Of a stretch of 64,000 nt of DNA, positions 26,246 through 39,366 are shown piece by piece. The notes under the pieces were generated by a model. The model was not told where the DNA came from and did not search any database. It saw only the letters and a program-made list of their open reading frames with translations. The translations under genes and the position numbers were made by a program. The stretch's first letter is position 1; each line of letters begins with the position of its first letter. The stretch covers positions 36,582,001 through 36,646,000 of the forward strand of contig CM052818.1 of NCBI GenBank assembly GCA_028534125.1, written 5' to 3'. The DNA is from Lama glama. Taxonomy: Eukaryota.

Positions 26246-27324
26246 CACGACTATAGGAGTCAATGACAATTGAAAAGGTGACTAAAGAAACCGACATGTC
26301 CTTCAATGTCTTCTCTTCTTGTTACCACTGACGGGACAAGCCCTGGCTTCCTCATCCGGAGAGCTCCTAGACATTTTCTACAACTGTGAGGTATTCAGGG
26401 GTATTGCATTGTCCCCTCTTCGTAGGTGGGGGTACGGGGACCATGGCGTGCTAAGAGACTTAGGCAAGACCAGTGGTGCACCTGGGCCTTGGACTCACTG
26501 GCCTTGAAGCTCAGCCGGTGTCCTCACCACCAGCTTCAGACAGTTTTGCAAGATGCACGTCTCTCCTCATGGCCGCCGACACTGAGAAACAGAAGCGTTC
26601 TCTACTCCTCGTGCCCTCGCCTGCCCCGCAGGAGCTGCTTATGTACTAACCGCTCCTTAATAGGAAAGAACGCTGGGACCGGCATCCGGGAGTTTCCTGG
26701 GACCCTTCCCTGGGCGAGCTGGACTGAGTGCTGGCTGCTCCCAAGGGGCAGCATGCCAGGCCGGGCCTTCCCATGCCCGCCCTGCTCCCCTAGCCTTCTG
26801 GGTCTGAAGAAGGATGCCCCTGGGATCGGGCAGCCGCAGGAACCGCAGTTCTGTACTCTCAAGCCTAACTTCAATACGGCCATTTTGAGCAATCCGGCGC
26901 CCCATGCCAGTGCTGGGAGGGGGCCAGCCCAGGGACCCAGCATGACGAGGACTCCCCATCACCAGCAAAGTGCAGCCCAGGCCTCCCCTGAAGCCCTTCC
27001 CCGGGCCGCCACGGGGTTGTAAGCCGGCACTCTGGGATTGTCTCAGTTGCAGACCCTGCTGTGCGTGTGAGTTTGAGATCTGTCCTTGGAGAGGGGCAAT
27101 CCGTTCTTTCTGCGACTGTGCAGTGAGAGCTCCCACGTGGCCATCCGTGGTGACAGGGGGAGCTGGCATCAGGGAACGTGGGTGCAACCAGGACAGGGCT
27201 GTGTGTGCCCGGGCACAGCACATGTGCCAGTGTGCACGTGTGTATGCAAGCAGCCCAATGAATGCCGCCTGGATTCTCATTTTTGCCTCAGGCAAACACA
27301 GGGATGTTAAACTCTCACACACAC

Positions 27325-27530
27325 TGTCTTGGAGTCAGAGGAATCTGAGTTCAAAACCTTGGAATGTTATTTACTTTGCAAATGATCTTGGCAAATGAAA
27401 TTCCCTACCTCTCAGTTTTTTTCGTCTTCAAATGGGGATCACAATACCGGCCTTACAGGAAATGATGCAAAATGTGTGCACGGCACTTATTCATGCCCGG
27501 CAGACAGCAGAGAGTCAATAAATGCCCACC
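27325..27530 (+). mobile_element. MIR SINE
   Basis: 'ttggagtcagaggaatctgagttcaaa...cttggcaaat...ctcagtttt...aaatggggat...tcaataaatg'. Confidence 0.7.
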
Positions 27531-30154
27531 ATCATCACCATTGTTCTTATTACCCACCGCGCGAGTGCTTAGTCTCGTTAGTATTGTCCCCGTGATGGGA
27601 TGCCACTTCCCCCACGCCCTGCAGAGCTGCCCAGCTGCCTTTCTGACGCCTCCAAGTCCTGCAGAACCAAGTGCTGCCCAGATGGAAAAGGCGCCTTACT
27701 CCTGGAGTAAGACCAGAGGAGACCAGGGCCCCCCACCCCAGCGCCCAGGGGAGAAGCAGCCCTCCTGGGACGAGGGCCCAGGGCTCCGAGGGAGGGTGCG
27801 GAGTGGCCCCAGAGCATGCAGCTCCACAGACGCCCCTGTCTCTTCTCTTCTGAAGAATCTACAAGGCCTGCCCATGTCCTGCCCTGGACTGGCGGCACAT
27901 CAGGGCCAGAGAAGTCCTTGTGGGTGCTGGTTTTAGAGATGGATGAAACCACACAGCAAGTTTGCAGCACAGCCTGGAGGAGGTCCAGGGCTTTGATTTC
28001 CAATTTCAGGACCAGTTTCCCTCCCCACCCCCCAGATCAAGCCAAACGCTCATCTAGGCATTTGAGTCCCTGCTCCCTCCCCTTTTCCCTCATGCAGCCT
28101 CATCCTCCCCTGGTACTGTACTGTCGATTCCTGTCAGGCTGGTTTCCTCTGAGCCGTCCTGCTGCCCCTCGGCCTGCCCTTCCAGTCTCTGTCACCGACC
28201 GGTCCGGCCCAGCCTCCTTCAGGATGGCTACCATGTCTGCTGCAGCCGGGAGCCTATTTGCGCGTGGCCCCTATCTTGTTCCCTGACCTTCTCTTTGCCC
28301 AGCTCTGCCTGTGCAGCCAGAATGAGGGTCCCTGAGGCCAAGTGCTGAGCAGAGCAAACAATACCTCCTTCCTCAACCCGGAGACCATGTGACTTCAGGC
28401 GGGTTCCTCGGTCTCCAGGCTTCAATCTCCTCGCCGACAAAATAGGGAAAATGCTAAACAAATGCCTAATTGTACATTTTTAAAAGGAAGCCTCCCCTTA
28501 AAATGTCTTTCTAATGTGCAGGTCTGGATTTCAGGGGAAGCCCATCTAACAAAAGCAGCCCTCCTCACTCCCGGCTCCATAAAGCAGCAAACTATTCAGC
28601 TCTGAAAGCTATTTTATTTCCCTTTTCAGTGGGAAGAGACTTCGCCATTAGCTCTATTTGATTCTAAACACAGCCCTGAGACTTCCTGCGTCCCCAGGCA
28701 CCTATCTGGCTGGTACCAATCCAGAAGTACCACTTACGTTAGTGCTATGAGTAAGAGGGAAGAAAATCTGAAAAATGGGTAAAGTATGCACCGGGCATCT
28801 CTTATTTATTTGTGTCCTCCTGTGTCTGAGATGGAAGAAAGAATTTCACCGTTCTAGGTAAGAGATGGCTTTGTCTGGGTTTGGAAGTCTTCCTATCTCC
28901 TTCATTTAGAAGGAGATGCTCGCAGGGGAGGGATTAAAGATGCGCTAAAGAGGTATGTTCCTGCTTCAGCAGGGGACTTCCCCTAACACGCTGCATTCCC
29001 GCTAACACAATCTCATCTTCCGTTATGGAGAAGGATGACTCAGTGAGAGCTCTATTTTCTGCTTAAATTTAAGCCATGTTGTGCGCAAGGACAGTGTGGC
29101 ACGGCCCCTGATTAATCACGGCCCGCATCCGAGCGACTCCGTCTGTTCCGGGCTGACATGAGTGGTGTTACTAAATGGGCTCCTTCTTCTCCCCGGGGAC
29201 ACAGCCACCAGGGCATGAAGCCCTCTGCCTGGAGACTGAATCTCGCAGGGGCTGATTTGTAGCCAGAGTCTGGACGAGGACTCAAGAAACTCCTTGTGGA
29301 ATGAAGCTGGTGTCATTTAAATTTAATATGTTTTTAACCTGCTAATAGCCCTAAGAGACGCGGATGCAGCTGGCTGGCTGGGTCCGAGCAGAGGGCACAG
29401 ACCGCCCAGGGAGGGCACCGGGCTGTAAGGATGCTACCCTGCCCTGCCCTCGCTATTGGACGAGGGCCATCTATTACACGTAGCACAGCTCAAACCACCG
29501 AAGGGCCCAGCTTCTCCATGGCAACCCCAAACAGCCTGTTCATTCTAGAGGCTATGCTGGCAGCAAGAATGGACCTGGTGCCGTGGAATGATGTCCTCGT
29601 GACAGACAACGCGAAGTATGAAAATGGTTCCTGATTGACTGCCTCCTGGGAAGTCTTCTGAGAATGAAGCCAGACCAAGGACGGCCAGGGATGGCCTCGG
29701 AGAGGCACAGGAGAGTGGTTTACAGACAAGGAGACCTGGTTACGGATGGGGGATGTTCCCTACATTGGGGAACTCATAATTTACTGACTCAGCAGCCTCC
29801 CTGAACAAGAGAGAATCTAGGTGTAAAGAAAAAGTGGGAAGGATGGGAGAGACACTGGGGAGGGGGATTCCACGACTCAGCAACTCCAGGGTATCCAGAT
29901 GGATTATTCTGGCGTGTGTTGGGGACAATGCCTCCAGGCACAGCTGGAGGCCTGTGCCTCCCAGACAATGAGGATGCTTCTCCCCCTCCACCAGGATACA
30001 CACATTCACACCCACTGCCCGGCCAGTGGGCTTCACCCTCCATCCATCCTGCATCTTCCTTCTGTTTCTGCTCCCACCCATGCTGGCCGCAGCCTCCTCC
30101 AGCCTCTGCCCAGGCCAGGATACTAATGTCTGTCCTTGCAGGAGGGAGGGAAAG

Positions 30155-30270
30155 TGACTCTGGGCCTTGGAGTCAGACATATGTGGATCTGGACCTAGCG
30201 CCTGGATTTGAGTGGCCTTGCATAAGTCAGCAAATGTGCAGGAACCTCAGTTTCCTTATCTGTATTGCAG
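30155..30270 (+). mobile_element. MIR SINE fragment
   Basis: 'ttggagtcagacat...cctcagtttccttatctgta'. Confidence 0.55.
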
Positions 30271-31544
30271 ACACTTAAACATGGCTTTGGAAGGAAGGCT
30301 TTTGTGGGCACAAATGGGGTAATAGGTGTCAAAGCAAGTGACACAGTGTGGAAGAAGGGGTTCATTTCCTCTCTCTGAATTCCTCCCTCTTCATGCCCCA
30401 CTGTGCTCTCCCCTCCCGGCCTGGCTATGGGTCCCTCTTTCTGGGTACCTGCCCAGGATGATCAAAGTTGGGAAAAGTGATTACCTAAGGAGATGCCAAG
30501 AAAGTCCATCAGGATGTTCTGAACACTCCGTCTCTGTTGTGGTAAACGATGACTTTAATTTACAAAGCAGGCGAATACTAAATCTTCATGAAATTAAAAA
30601 CTATATTATTTATGTGAGCGGAAACGGAAAATGTTCTGTAGCTAGCAGCGATCCGGCTTTGTAGGAGGAACACTAAAATAATTAAAACCACTCGTGCTTC
30701 AGTAATAAATAATGATAATAAATAAATGTCCTGACCTTAAGCGAAAATATAAAATTAAAATCCATTTGGTATGTAAATTCATTCAGGACGCTAGCGAGTC
30801 TCCCAGCTTAAGACGGTGTGGGACGGAGGAAGCGTTCACTACATGAATTTTGAAAGGAAAATCAAAGAACAACAGAGTGTGTGTGTGTATCGACTCATTA
30901 TTCTCCTTTAATTCCATCTAATGCTGTGTGGAGCCTTGAGGCTGGGACATTAATTTCCTGCTTTTTCTGTTTCACCAATTCCTCATGGAGACCAGGAGAA
31001 AGAATTTCAATCCTGGAGGCTGAAATCAGGGGAGGCCGGAAAATTGCAGGAGGGGTGGAAAACGGAAACTCAGAAATGCAATTTTTAACGTGTTTACAGA
31101 AAGATGATGAAAAGAGTGGTCAAAGAATGGCACTGGGGCTGGCTGGGGGGTGAGTGCCTGAGTGTTGGGGGCACAAATCATCCAGGGGGAGGGAAAAGTC
31201 CCTGGTCCTGGGTCCAGGTGGGAATGATTCCAGGGCCTGAAAAAGGCGGGCAGGAAGTCTGTGGATGGCCTCTGACTTCAGGAAAATGCCAATCAGTTCC
31301 AGATGGTGTGCATTGCACCCCCCCCCCCGCCCTGCCCCCGGCCCCGCCGACAGCCCAGCACCCGGCTTTAACATGAAACTGCTGCTCGGTCCATGAAGCC
31401 TGCGGCTTCCTGGGCTCCCCAAATAAGGCCAGCCCAGGAAGCTGCAGGGCAGCATGTCAGGCAGAAAAATCAGAAATTTTCAAGCGCTGCTGTATGATAA
31501 ATGGAGAGATACCCTTTTCATTTCAAGGCCTGCCACACCCAGCG

Positions 31545-31680
31545 TCTCATTTCAGGCTCCTAACTACCTAGTGAGGTGGGCAGGGCAGGGATGGTTATTC
31601 CAGAGTGACAGGTAGGGAAAGTGAGGCACAAGAGCTCACATGAAGTGAGCGGCAGGGTAAGGGGCAGAATCCAGCTCCAG
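31545..31680 (-). mobile_element. MIR SINE fragment
   Basis: 'aactacctagtgaggtgggc...acaggtagggaaagtgaggcaca'. Confidence 0.5.
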
Positions 31681-33416
31681 GCTGGTGCTGCTGTGTAACT
31701 GGGGAGCTCTCAGTGGGGAGGAAGGAGTCAGAAAGGAAGGCTCATTAGACCTGCCCAGTAAAGCAGGACCCTGGTCCTGACTCCACGTCCCCTGAGGGAT
31801 CATTGCTGCCCCAAAAGAGTGGTAGAGAGGCTGCCCCATGGGAAAGAGGAACCCACACGCCCTGCTATCCCAGACAGCCCAGAATCACCAGCATCTTGGG
31901 GAGATGGGGCCGCAGGAGAGTGAAAGGCCTCTGGATCTATTCAACACAGACCCCCCAGTTCACTCTCTTGATATGACGAACCACTCACTCTTCCAGGTGG
32001 AAGAGAAGAGGAAAATCCAACCTAAATCCTTCAGTGTCAATGGTTCTAAACCATCCAGGCTTTGTAAACAAAACATTGGGATGAATGACAGATTTTCTCT
32101 ACTTTTGAATCTCAGACATTAGAAATCACTGAACTGTGGACAGCTACCAGACCAGGCACCCTGGTAACTGAGATGCCCTCCATTCCTGCCAAGGGGAGCC
32201 CCTCCCTCACACAGGACACGTGTGGCCCAGTCCAATTCAACCAGGGTGTGAAAATCCCCTCTCATCCCTGCTTGCTTGTGTCTCCGTGACCTCATAACGG
32301 ACACAAAGACAAAGAAAACACAGCTGTTGAGCAGAGAAGGCCTCTGGGAGGACCAGTAGGGGAGTGGGGAAAACAGCCTTTGAAAAAACCTACAAAAACC
32401 AAATGGTAAAAGTTTTGCTTACAGAAGTTTCTAGGTCAGGTATAAAGCCCAGGACCAGTGTGCCAACAGGGAGGGACCAGAAGATGCAGAAAGTCAGGAT
32501 GGTTCCCACACAAACTCCTTTGGGGGCCAGAAGATGGTTCCTTTCTCCCAACAGATTTGTGAAGAATCTTCTCCTCTTGGCTCCCCGAGAAGGAGCAAGG
32601 TCACCTCGAGCTCTTGTTTTTCCCTCTTTTGTGGGTAGATAAGCTAACACCCCTGGCATGCCCCCTCTGGAAAGGGGACTGACTATTCCTGCTAAAATGT
32701 CTATGTGACCCCAAAACAGGGGCTGACCTCGAGGCACACCAGCAGTTGGCCCGGCAGGACCCTGAACAGATCTCTGTGCTCCTCAAGAGGCCTTGGGCCT
32801 GTCGCCACATGGAACCTAAGCCCTTTCCTGGGCAGAGGGCTCACCTTCCAGCCCCTGCCCTGTCCCCCAGGTCAGAATGTGCCTGTGCAGCCGAGCTGCC
32901 CTGGGATGCCCATGGCAGCTCCCAGAGGTTGAGTTCAGAGATGACTGGGCTAAGCTTCCAGGACTCTTGGGTCTTTGGGTCAAGGTGATATGGAGCCTTG
33001 GGTGGGCAGCATGGGGTTCGACGTGGGAATCAATTCCCCTGGGACTAAAGACCACCCCTCCCCCAATTCCTACTCTGCCTCCTAGAGCTGCCGTCATGCA
33101 GCCTAATGCCCCGGGATTCTAACACCCTCCTGAGCTCCTGGCTGTGTCCCTTTTGTGAAGCCATGGCTGCCACAGGCCAGCTGTTCCCAATAAGGACGAC
33201 CCTCTCCCCAGGGGGATACCCTAACTTCTCTCCTCCCACAGCAGTAGGTGAGCAAGGGCTAGGTGCTCCAGAAACACCCACTCATTCAGCCAACAGTTCC
33301 TGAAAACCTTCCGTGCGCCCAGCGCAATGGCCCAAGAACAGCTCTGAGGCTGGAGCGGGCAGGTGCTGGGGAAGGAGTCTGGGGGACAGTCAGGAGTCTT
33401 CACTTCTCAGACTCAG

Positions 33417-33437
33417 GAGAGAGAGAGAGAGAGAGAG
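33417..33437. repeat. (GA)n microsatellite
   Basis: Direct reading. Confidence 0.9.
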
Positions 33438-33799
33438 GGTGGGGGAGGTCAGTCCCTCTTTCAGGTGTGGGAGAGCTGCCAGGAAAAGACTCCAGCGAGG
33501 AGACGACAGGGCTGGGTTTTGGGAGATAAGTGAACGTTCCTCAGGTGGGAGGGGCAGGAGGAGCACTTCAGGAAGAGGAAGGGCAAAGGCTGAGATGAAC
33601 CTGCACTGAGAAGGCCACGTAGCTCAGGGGACAGATGACAAGGATACTTTAACATGTAGATGGACGGCGATCAGCCATCAGCTGTGGGGGGTAAGGGAGA
33701 ACTGGCTCTGCCCTGGCCCTTTCTCCCCCTCCCTCACGAGGTGGCCAGAGGGGTCCAGTTCAAATGCCTCACAGGCAGCGACCTCTCTCATGGTCCCTG

Positions 33800-34310
33800 C
33801 ACAGGCTAGGCACACTCTTCTCTTGGGGTCTCAGCACTTTTTCATCCTTCTACCTGGAATGCTCCTGCCCAGACACACATGTGGGTCCCCACCCACCTTC
33901 TTCAGGTCTTTGCCCAAAGGTCACCTAAAATAGGCTTTTATTTATTATTTATTTTAATTTTTTTCTGGGGGGGGGAGGTAATTAGGTTTATTCATTTATT
34001 TTAATGGAGGTACTGGGGATTGAACCCCGGACCTTGTGCATGCTAGGCACGCACTCCACCCCTGAGCTATACCCTCCCGCCTTCAACAGGCTCTTAAAAT
34101 GGCAGCACACCTCCCTCTCCACCCTGGTACCTCTGACTTCCTGCTCTGCTTTACTTCTCTGGAGCACTTTTCACCATCTGACATTTACTTCTTCATTCTG
34201 TGATCTGTCTCTACCCATTAGCATGAAAGCCCCACAAAGGTAGCGACGTTTGTTCTGATTAGGCACACAGTAGGTGCTAAATAAATATTTGTTTATTAGT
34301 GAAAGAATAA
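33800..34310 (+). mobile_element. L2 3' region, interrupted by a SINE
   Basis: 'ttctacctggaatgctcct...ttcaggtct...ggtcacct' before the SINE and 'ggcacacagtaggtgctaaataaatatttg' after it. Confidence 0.75.
33936..34078 (-). mobile_element. Camelid vic-1-type tRNA-Ala-derived SINE
   Basis: The minus strand reads GGGAGGGTATAGCTCAGGGGTGGAGTGCGTGCCTAGCATGCACAAGGTCCGGGGTTCAATCCCCAGTACCTCCA followed by an A-rich tail; A and B boxes are recognisable. Confidence 0.92.
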
Positions 34311-36454
34311 GTTAGTGTCCACTGGATGGCCCCACTCCCCTCTCCACAGAATTAAGGACGCCTTGATTTGCTGCTACTTCAGGAGTTTACTCTCCTAGCC
34401 TCGCTCCGGGTCTGGGCACTGAAGACATCAGGTCCTTGGACCTGGTACTTGGACCCCCTGGTTCTAGGCGGCCTGGACCTGGGCTGTGGCCCTGCAGCGT
34501 AGGGGTGGAAGGCGGCCTCCCTGTGGGTGGTGGTCTTAGCATGGGCTCGGCCACCCTCGGGCCTCACATAGGTCTGCAGAGGAATGCAGAGCCTGGGCAG
34601 GACGCCTGGAGTTGGATAGAATTTATTGCTCCAAAGGCTCCCGAGTTTTAATATCTTGAACATCAACCCACATACTTTGGCGGGGGCAGATGCAAAAAAT
34701 AAAACCCAAAAACCTACAGGAAACAATCTGGGAAGAGCTGGAGGGGGAGGGTGAAATGGACAAAACACATGGGCCAAAGCCTGAACAAACAGAGCAGGCA
34801 GCCTAGAGCCTTCGAGAAAACTCACAATTTAGAATGCTGCTTGGGAAGGCAGGAAATTCCAGAATGTGATCTCCCTTCAAAGCTGCATCCCTCTCTGATA
34901 CCAATGCAGGTAAAAATACAAGAAGAATCAAACAGAAAAGGTGACAAGAGGCAGGAGGGGCCTGGGGGTCAGGAGCCCAGCCATGCAGTTAGCTCTGCCA
35001 TAGATGCTGTGCGACCTCGGTCAAGTTCCTTCCCTCCCTAGGCCTCTGTTTTTGTGTAAAGTGAGAGTTTTGAACACCGGGCCTTCTGGCTCTGCTAGCT
35101 CCTCCATTTCTCAGTATTCGAGCAGCCTCTTTCAAAATAGCCAGCTGGGCTCTCCCAGCATGCCAGCTGTGTTCTCTTGCAAGTTATCACAATATGGCAG
35201 GACCCAGAATGGAAGTCCACAGTTGTTCAGTGCACAGCTCGTGCAGCTGTATGTGGTAGCCTTATCTGTCCAGCAGTGCAGACACCAGCACCCCTTTTAA
35301 AGTTCATCAAGGCCCGGTATTTGGGAAGGCTCCTCCAAGAACTGCTCTGGGTAACAGGACTACTGGAGTTAGCTTCTGGGCTGTGTAGCATCCAGATGGC
35401 TGCTGGGCTGGCCCTGTTATGTCAAATTTTCCTCTGGAGCAAAAAGGAAAAGCTTGTTTCCCTGCAGGTCTCCAATGTGCCTTCTGTCTGCTGACCCTTG
35501 GGCTACACCCAGGCGGGGTTTTAGGAGTTCTTCACTGGAGTCCTGTGCCAAGCCTGCTCAGAACTGGGCTCCCACCTCAAGCAACCCGGGTCGACCCTGC
35601 CGTGTTTCACATCGCCATGTGCAGCAGTGCAGAGCAGAGCCAAGCTGAGGGAGGTGGGTGAGTGGGATTCCAGAGTAACCCCCAAGGCCCACAGCTCCAG
35701 GGCCGTGCCACAGGCGCGGGGCCTCTCCTCCGCCTGGACACGCCCGAGCCACCCTATTAATAGCCCAGCTGCAAGAGCGCTGCCTCCTTTGGAGTTTCCA
35801 TCTCACATGCACTAGGTCTGGCTGTCCCAGTGGGGATGGCTTCTTGCAAAACAAACAGCAGAATCAATATTTCCTTCACTGGGGAGGTGTAGGGTCTTCA
35901 GATGGCAGTCCAGGCCCTCTCTCATTCCTGCTGGCTGGGTCCAAGGAAAGGGGCACACAGGGTGACAGGCCCTTTCCCCCCCTAAATCAGCAATTTGATT
36001 ACATTCAATTGACATTTATGGAGCATCCTCAACACGTCAAATGAGACAGGCCTGGGCTGGACGGAGCATGCGTGTTGTATGAGACAGACCCCTAAACGGA
36101 GAATTACGGGGGGTGCGGAAGTGGGGCAGACAGGGTGAGGCCAGGAGGACCGGAGTCTGAACTCCTCCACCTTGGGGCACAGACCCAAGGTGAAGTGGAC
36201 CCGGCCTGCCTGCAGTGCGCACGGTCTGAGTGTGCGGAGGCTGACTCCCTGGTCCTTGTTGAGGAAGCCGCCCACCCGCCGTCCCCAACCAGGCCTGTTG
36301 GGAGAACTTGGACTTGGGTGAGGGGCTCCTCCAGGGCTGGAGAGGCTCCAGGCCAGGCACCACACAATTCCTCTCTGCCTTCTCTCCGTATCCTCCAGTC
36401 CACCTGCTGGGACAGCCAAGAACCACCCCAGCCTGAACCCTCAGGGCGAAAAAA

Positions 36455-36570
36455 GTCCAGGGAGAGCTTGTTAGAAGTGCAGATCCAGGCTGCAGTCCTA
36501 GAGATTCAGTATGCACAGACACGGGTTGAGGGAGGGGCAGTGGCTGGGAATCTGCCTGATGCTTCTGGGA
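36455..36570. mobile_element. MER5-like hAT-Charlie fragment
   Basis: 'gagagcttgttagaagtgcagat...ctgggaatctgc' resembles MER5. Confidence 0.4.
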
Positions 36571-39169
36571 CTGGCCGTGGGCTCCTTGGGCAGGGAGGGG
36601 CTGGGCGTTCACCTCCCGCTCAGCCCCTGCCACCCCCATCCCCAACACACACAGCATGGGAGTCAGACAGCAGCTGATGAATGAAACGCTGTAGGATGAT
36701 TCTCTCAGGGTGAGAAGAGGGGTGCAGAGCTGACCCCAGGCCGCCTGACCTCTCGGACTCATTTCTCCACGCCACAAACCTGCACGTCCAGTCTGGCTGT
36801 GGGAAAACCTCCCCGACTTTCCACGTTCCACCTAGGGGATCTTTCCAGCTCTGGGCTTACAGACCTCAGCGTCAGTGGAGCCTGTGTGTGAGTATGTGTA
36901 TAAGTGTGGGTTGTATGTGTGTTTTATCAGAATCCTGGGTCCAAGAAGCATCCAAATTCCACATGCCCAGAGATCTGAATATGACCCAACCCCCTACCAC
37001 TCACTGTCCTTCAGGTGTCACGAGATCTGATGGGAACGGGTGGATGGGTGATGGTCATGGTGGCCCCCAGACCCACTGTCAGCCACGTTCTCCCTTGAAG
37101 GCTCTCTCATTTCTGTATATTATTTAACTTGCTGGGCGGCTGGCCTGTCCTGACCGTCAACTGGGCTCTGGGAAGGGTCCCCCTCGGACTTGCCCCTGAG
37201 CTGCCCAGTGCAGGGCACCACCGAGGACTGGGCACCAAGAGGGCCCTCAGCAAACATCTCTGGCCAACTGGTTGCCAAGCCCCAGGCTGCCCACCCCCAC
37301 AGGCCCTGTGCATGGTGACTGGCCTCACAAACAGTGTGCACTTGGCGTGAGGTGAGAGGATGCAAAGGGGAGCCTCTTTCACGGAGGCCAGTCAGGAACT
37401 GGGGTTTCAGACTGTTTCTCCATTTTGGGGGGATGGAGGCCCTCAGCACACACGGTATCATTTTGTTCACAAGCTGGGAGTCTGTGTGACTGCTAGCACA
37501 GGATGGAGTGCGCTGCTCCGTCCCTCCCAGAACAGCTCCACGACGACAGCCTCTGTCCCCAGAGGGCCTCGGCAGGACCGGTCCTGGCTATTATGCGGAG
37601 CGAGAAGCCCGGAGGAGCCACTGTCACTGTGTGGAGGGAAAACCACACAGAAGGGGAAACAGTCACGTGTCTCCAAGGCCCAGTCGCTGAGGGAAGCCTG
37701 GGGAGGCCCAGATGTGAGTCAGGAGCCCCCTCAGTGGTCTTGCCTGGCAGGTGGCGGGAAGGGTGAGTTGAGGCCGGTGAGGGGTGCAGAGGCCTCATGA
37801 CTGCCTCCTTGGCCTGTTCCAAGTGGGCAGGTGTGCTTTCCCACTGGGCAAAGGCAGAGGCCCCTGGGCCTCACGTGGCCTCTCCCCAGCTCAGCCTCCC
37901 TCCTGAGACGCACTTGGCTGTTCCTTCTTGAGCCCTTAAATTTTCGGTCCATGAAAACAAGACTAGTTTCCCTGCCCTCAAGTCTGGCTTCAGTGCGGCA
38001 ACAGAATGAGAAAGACCAGGCAGACTTTAGACCCTGGACACGGAACCGCTTAGCCGGCATGTTTTAGGGTAATAAAGGAGACTAAAGGAGAAGTGGTGCT
38101 TCCTTCCCCCAAAGCTCCGATTAGACTCCGGAATATGGGTGACACGTACACGGAGGAGGACACAGCACAGTTAGAATTCTGCCAGCAAACATTCTAAAAT
38201 ATTCATGAAACACGGGACCAGGCCTGACTGTTAACACTGCAACTGGTTCCCTCCAATGGAGTGACAAATGGGCGCCAAGCACTGTCATCTGTCCCTTTGA
38301 TCTTTCCAGGTCCTGCCAGAGAGCGGAGGGGGACTCAGCGGCCCAGGGAGGCTGCAGGGGAGGGGGACGGAGCTGAGCTCTCCCCGTGGCTCCTGTTTCC
38401 AAGTAAGAGGGCGAGAGAACAGTGCATTTCTTCAGACCATGAGGCAAAATAATTGATTCTCCAAGTCTTACTCCATCAAACATGATTAGTGGGGGGCCCT
38501 GGGGATTCCACTACAGCACACTCACCTCTTTTGTGAAAGGAGCATTGTTACATACACAAATCTCAACGCACGGCACAGGCAAAAAGCAAAATGTCTAAAA
38601 AAAGTAAATTGGCCTTCGAAAGAAAATAAGGAAAAAAAGAATAAAATGAACTCTTGGCTTCCTTGGTTAAGAGCTTCTTCAGAGCTTCCAGACACGCTGA
38701 GCAGGAACCACAGTGCAAAATTGCTGCAATTTAACAGGGCATCTAATTAAAAGGAGCGACATGAAGGGCCTTTTCTTCCTGCTCTGGGTTCTGTGTCTTT
38801 CCGTGCAGGGTTCAAAAGTCTGACAACTCGAGGACAAAGAGTTACGTCCCCAAACAGTAAGTAGCAGCGTATCGGCTTCTGAATTACTGGTTTTTATATC
38901 CTTCCATCCAGCCAATGCTGCCGAGGCTTTGCTATATGCCACTGCTATGCCAGGCGCCGAGGTCACAGGGAGAAAGAAGACACTGGCAGTGCCCAGGGGG
39001 ATGGCGAGAGTGTCAAACACTGAAATACGGTGCGGTGTGTGCAAAGGTAGTGGGGCGCACGGCCTCCCGGGAGGGCAGGGTCACCCAAGCACAAGGCCCT
39101 TCTTCCTCCTACCATGCCGGCAGGGTGGTCGTTCCACAAGGCCATCCTATTACCCTTACTTTAGAAGAG

Positions 39170-39366
39170 TCAGGCATTCAGGGAGTAGGGGAAGGGATGC
39201 GCCTGCCAAATGGGTCTGGGTTTCCTGCTGGGGTGATGACAGTGTTCTAGAGCTGGATAGTGACGATGGTGGCCAAACCGTGTGACTGTACTAAATGCTG
39301 CTGAGCTGTGTGCACTTGAAGATGGCGAATTCTATGTTTATGTATACTTCAGCAGTTTTTAAAAAG
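39170..39366 (+). mobile_element. Old L1 (L1MB-like) 3' UTR fragment
   Basis: 'aatgggtctgggtttcc..ggggtgatgacagtgttctagagctggatagtg..gatggt...tgtactaaatgc...gaattctatg'. Confidence 0.75.

Noticed and set aside
31103..31161. Possible C/D box snoRNA (ATGATGA...CTGA)
   Set aside because: It is antisense to the host intron, with no terminal stem and no recognisable guide.
34005..34078. Functional tRNA-Ala gene
   Set aside because: It has mismatched stems, a SINE-specific tail with poly-A, and a related copy with a TSD at 13157; it is a SINE.
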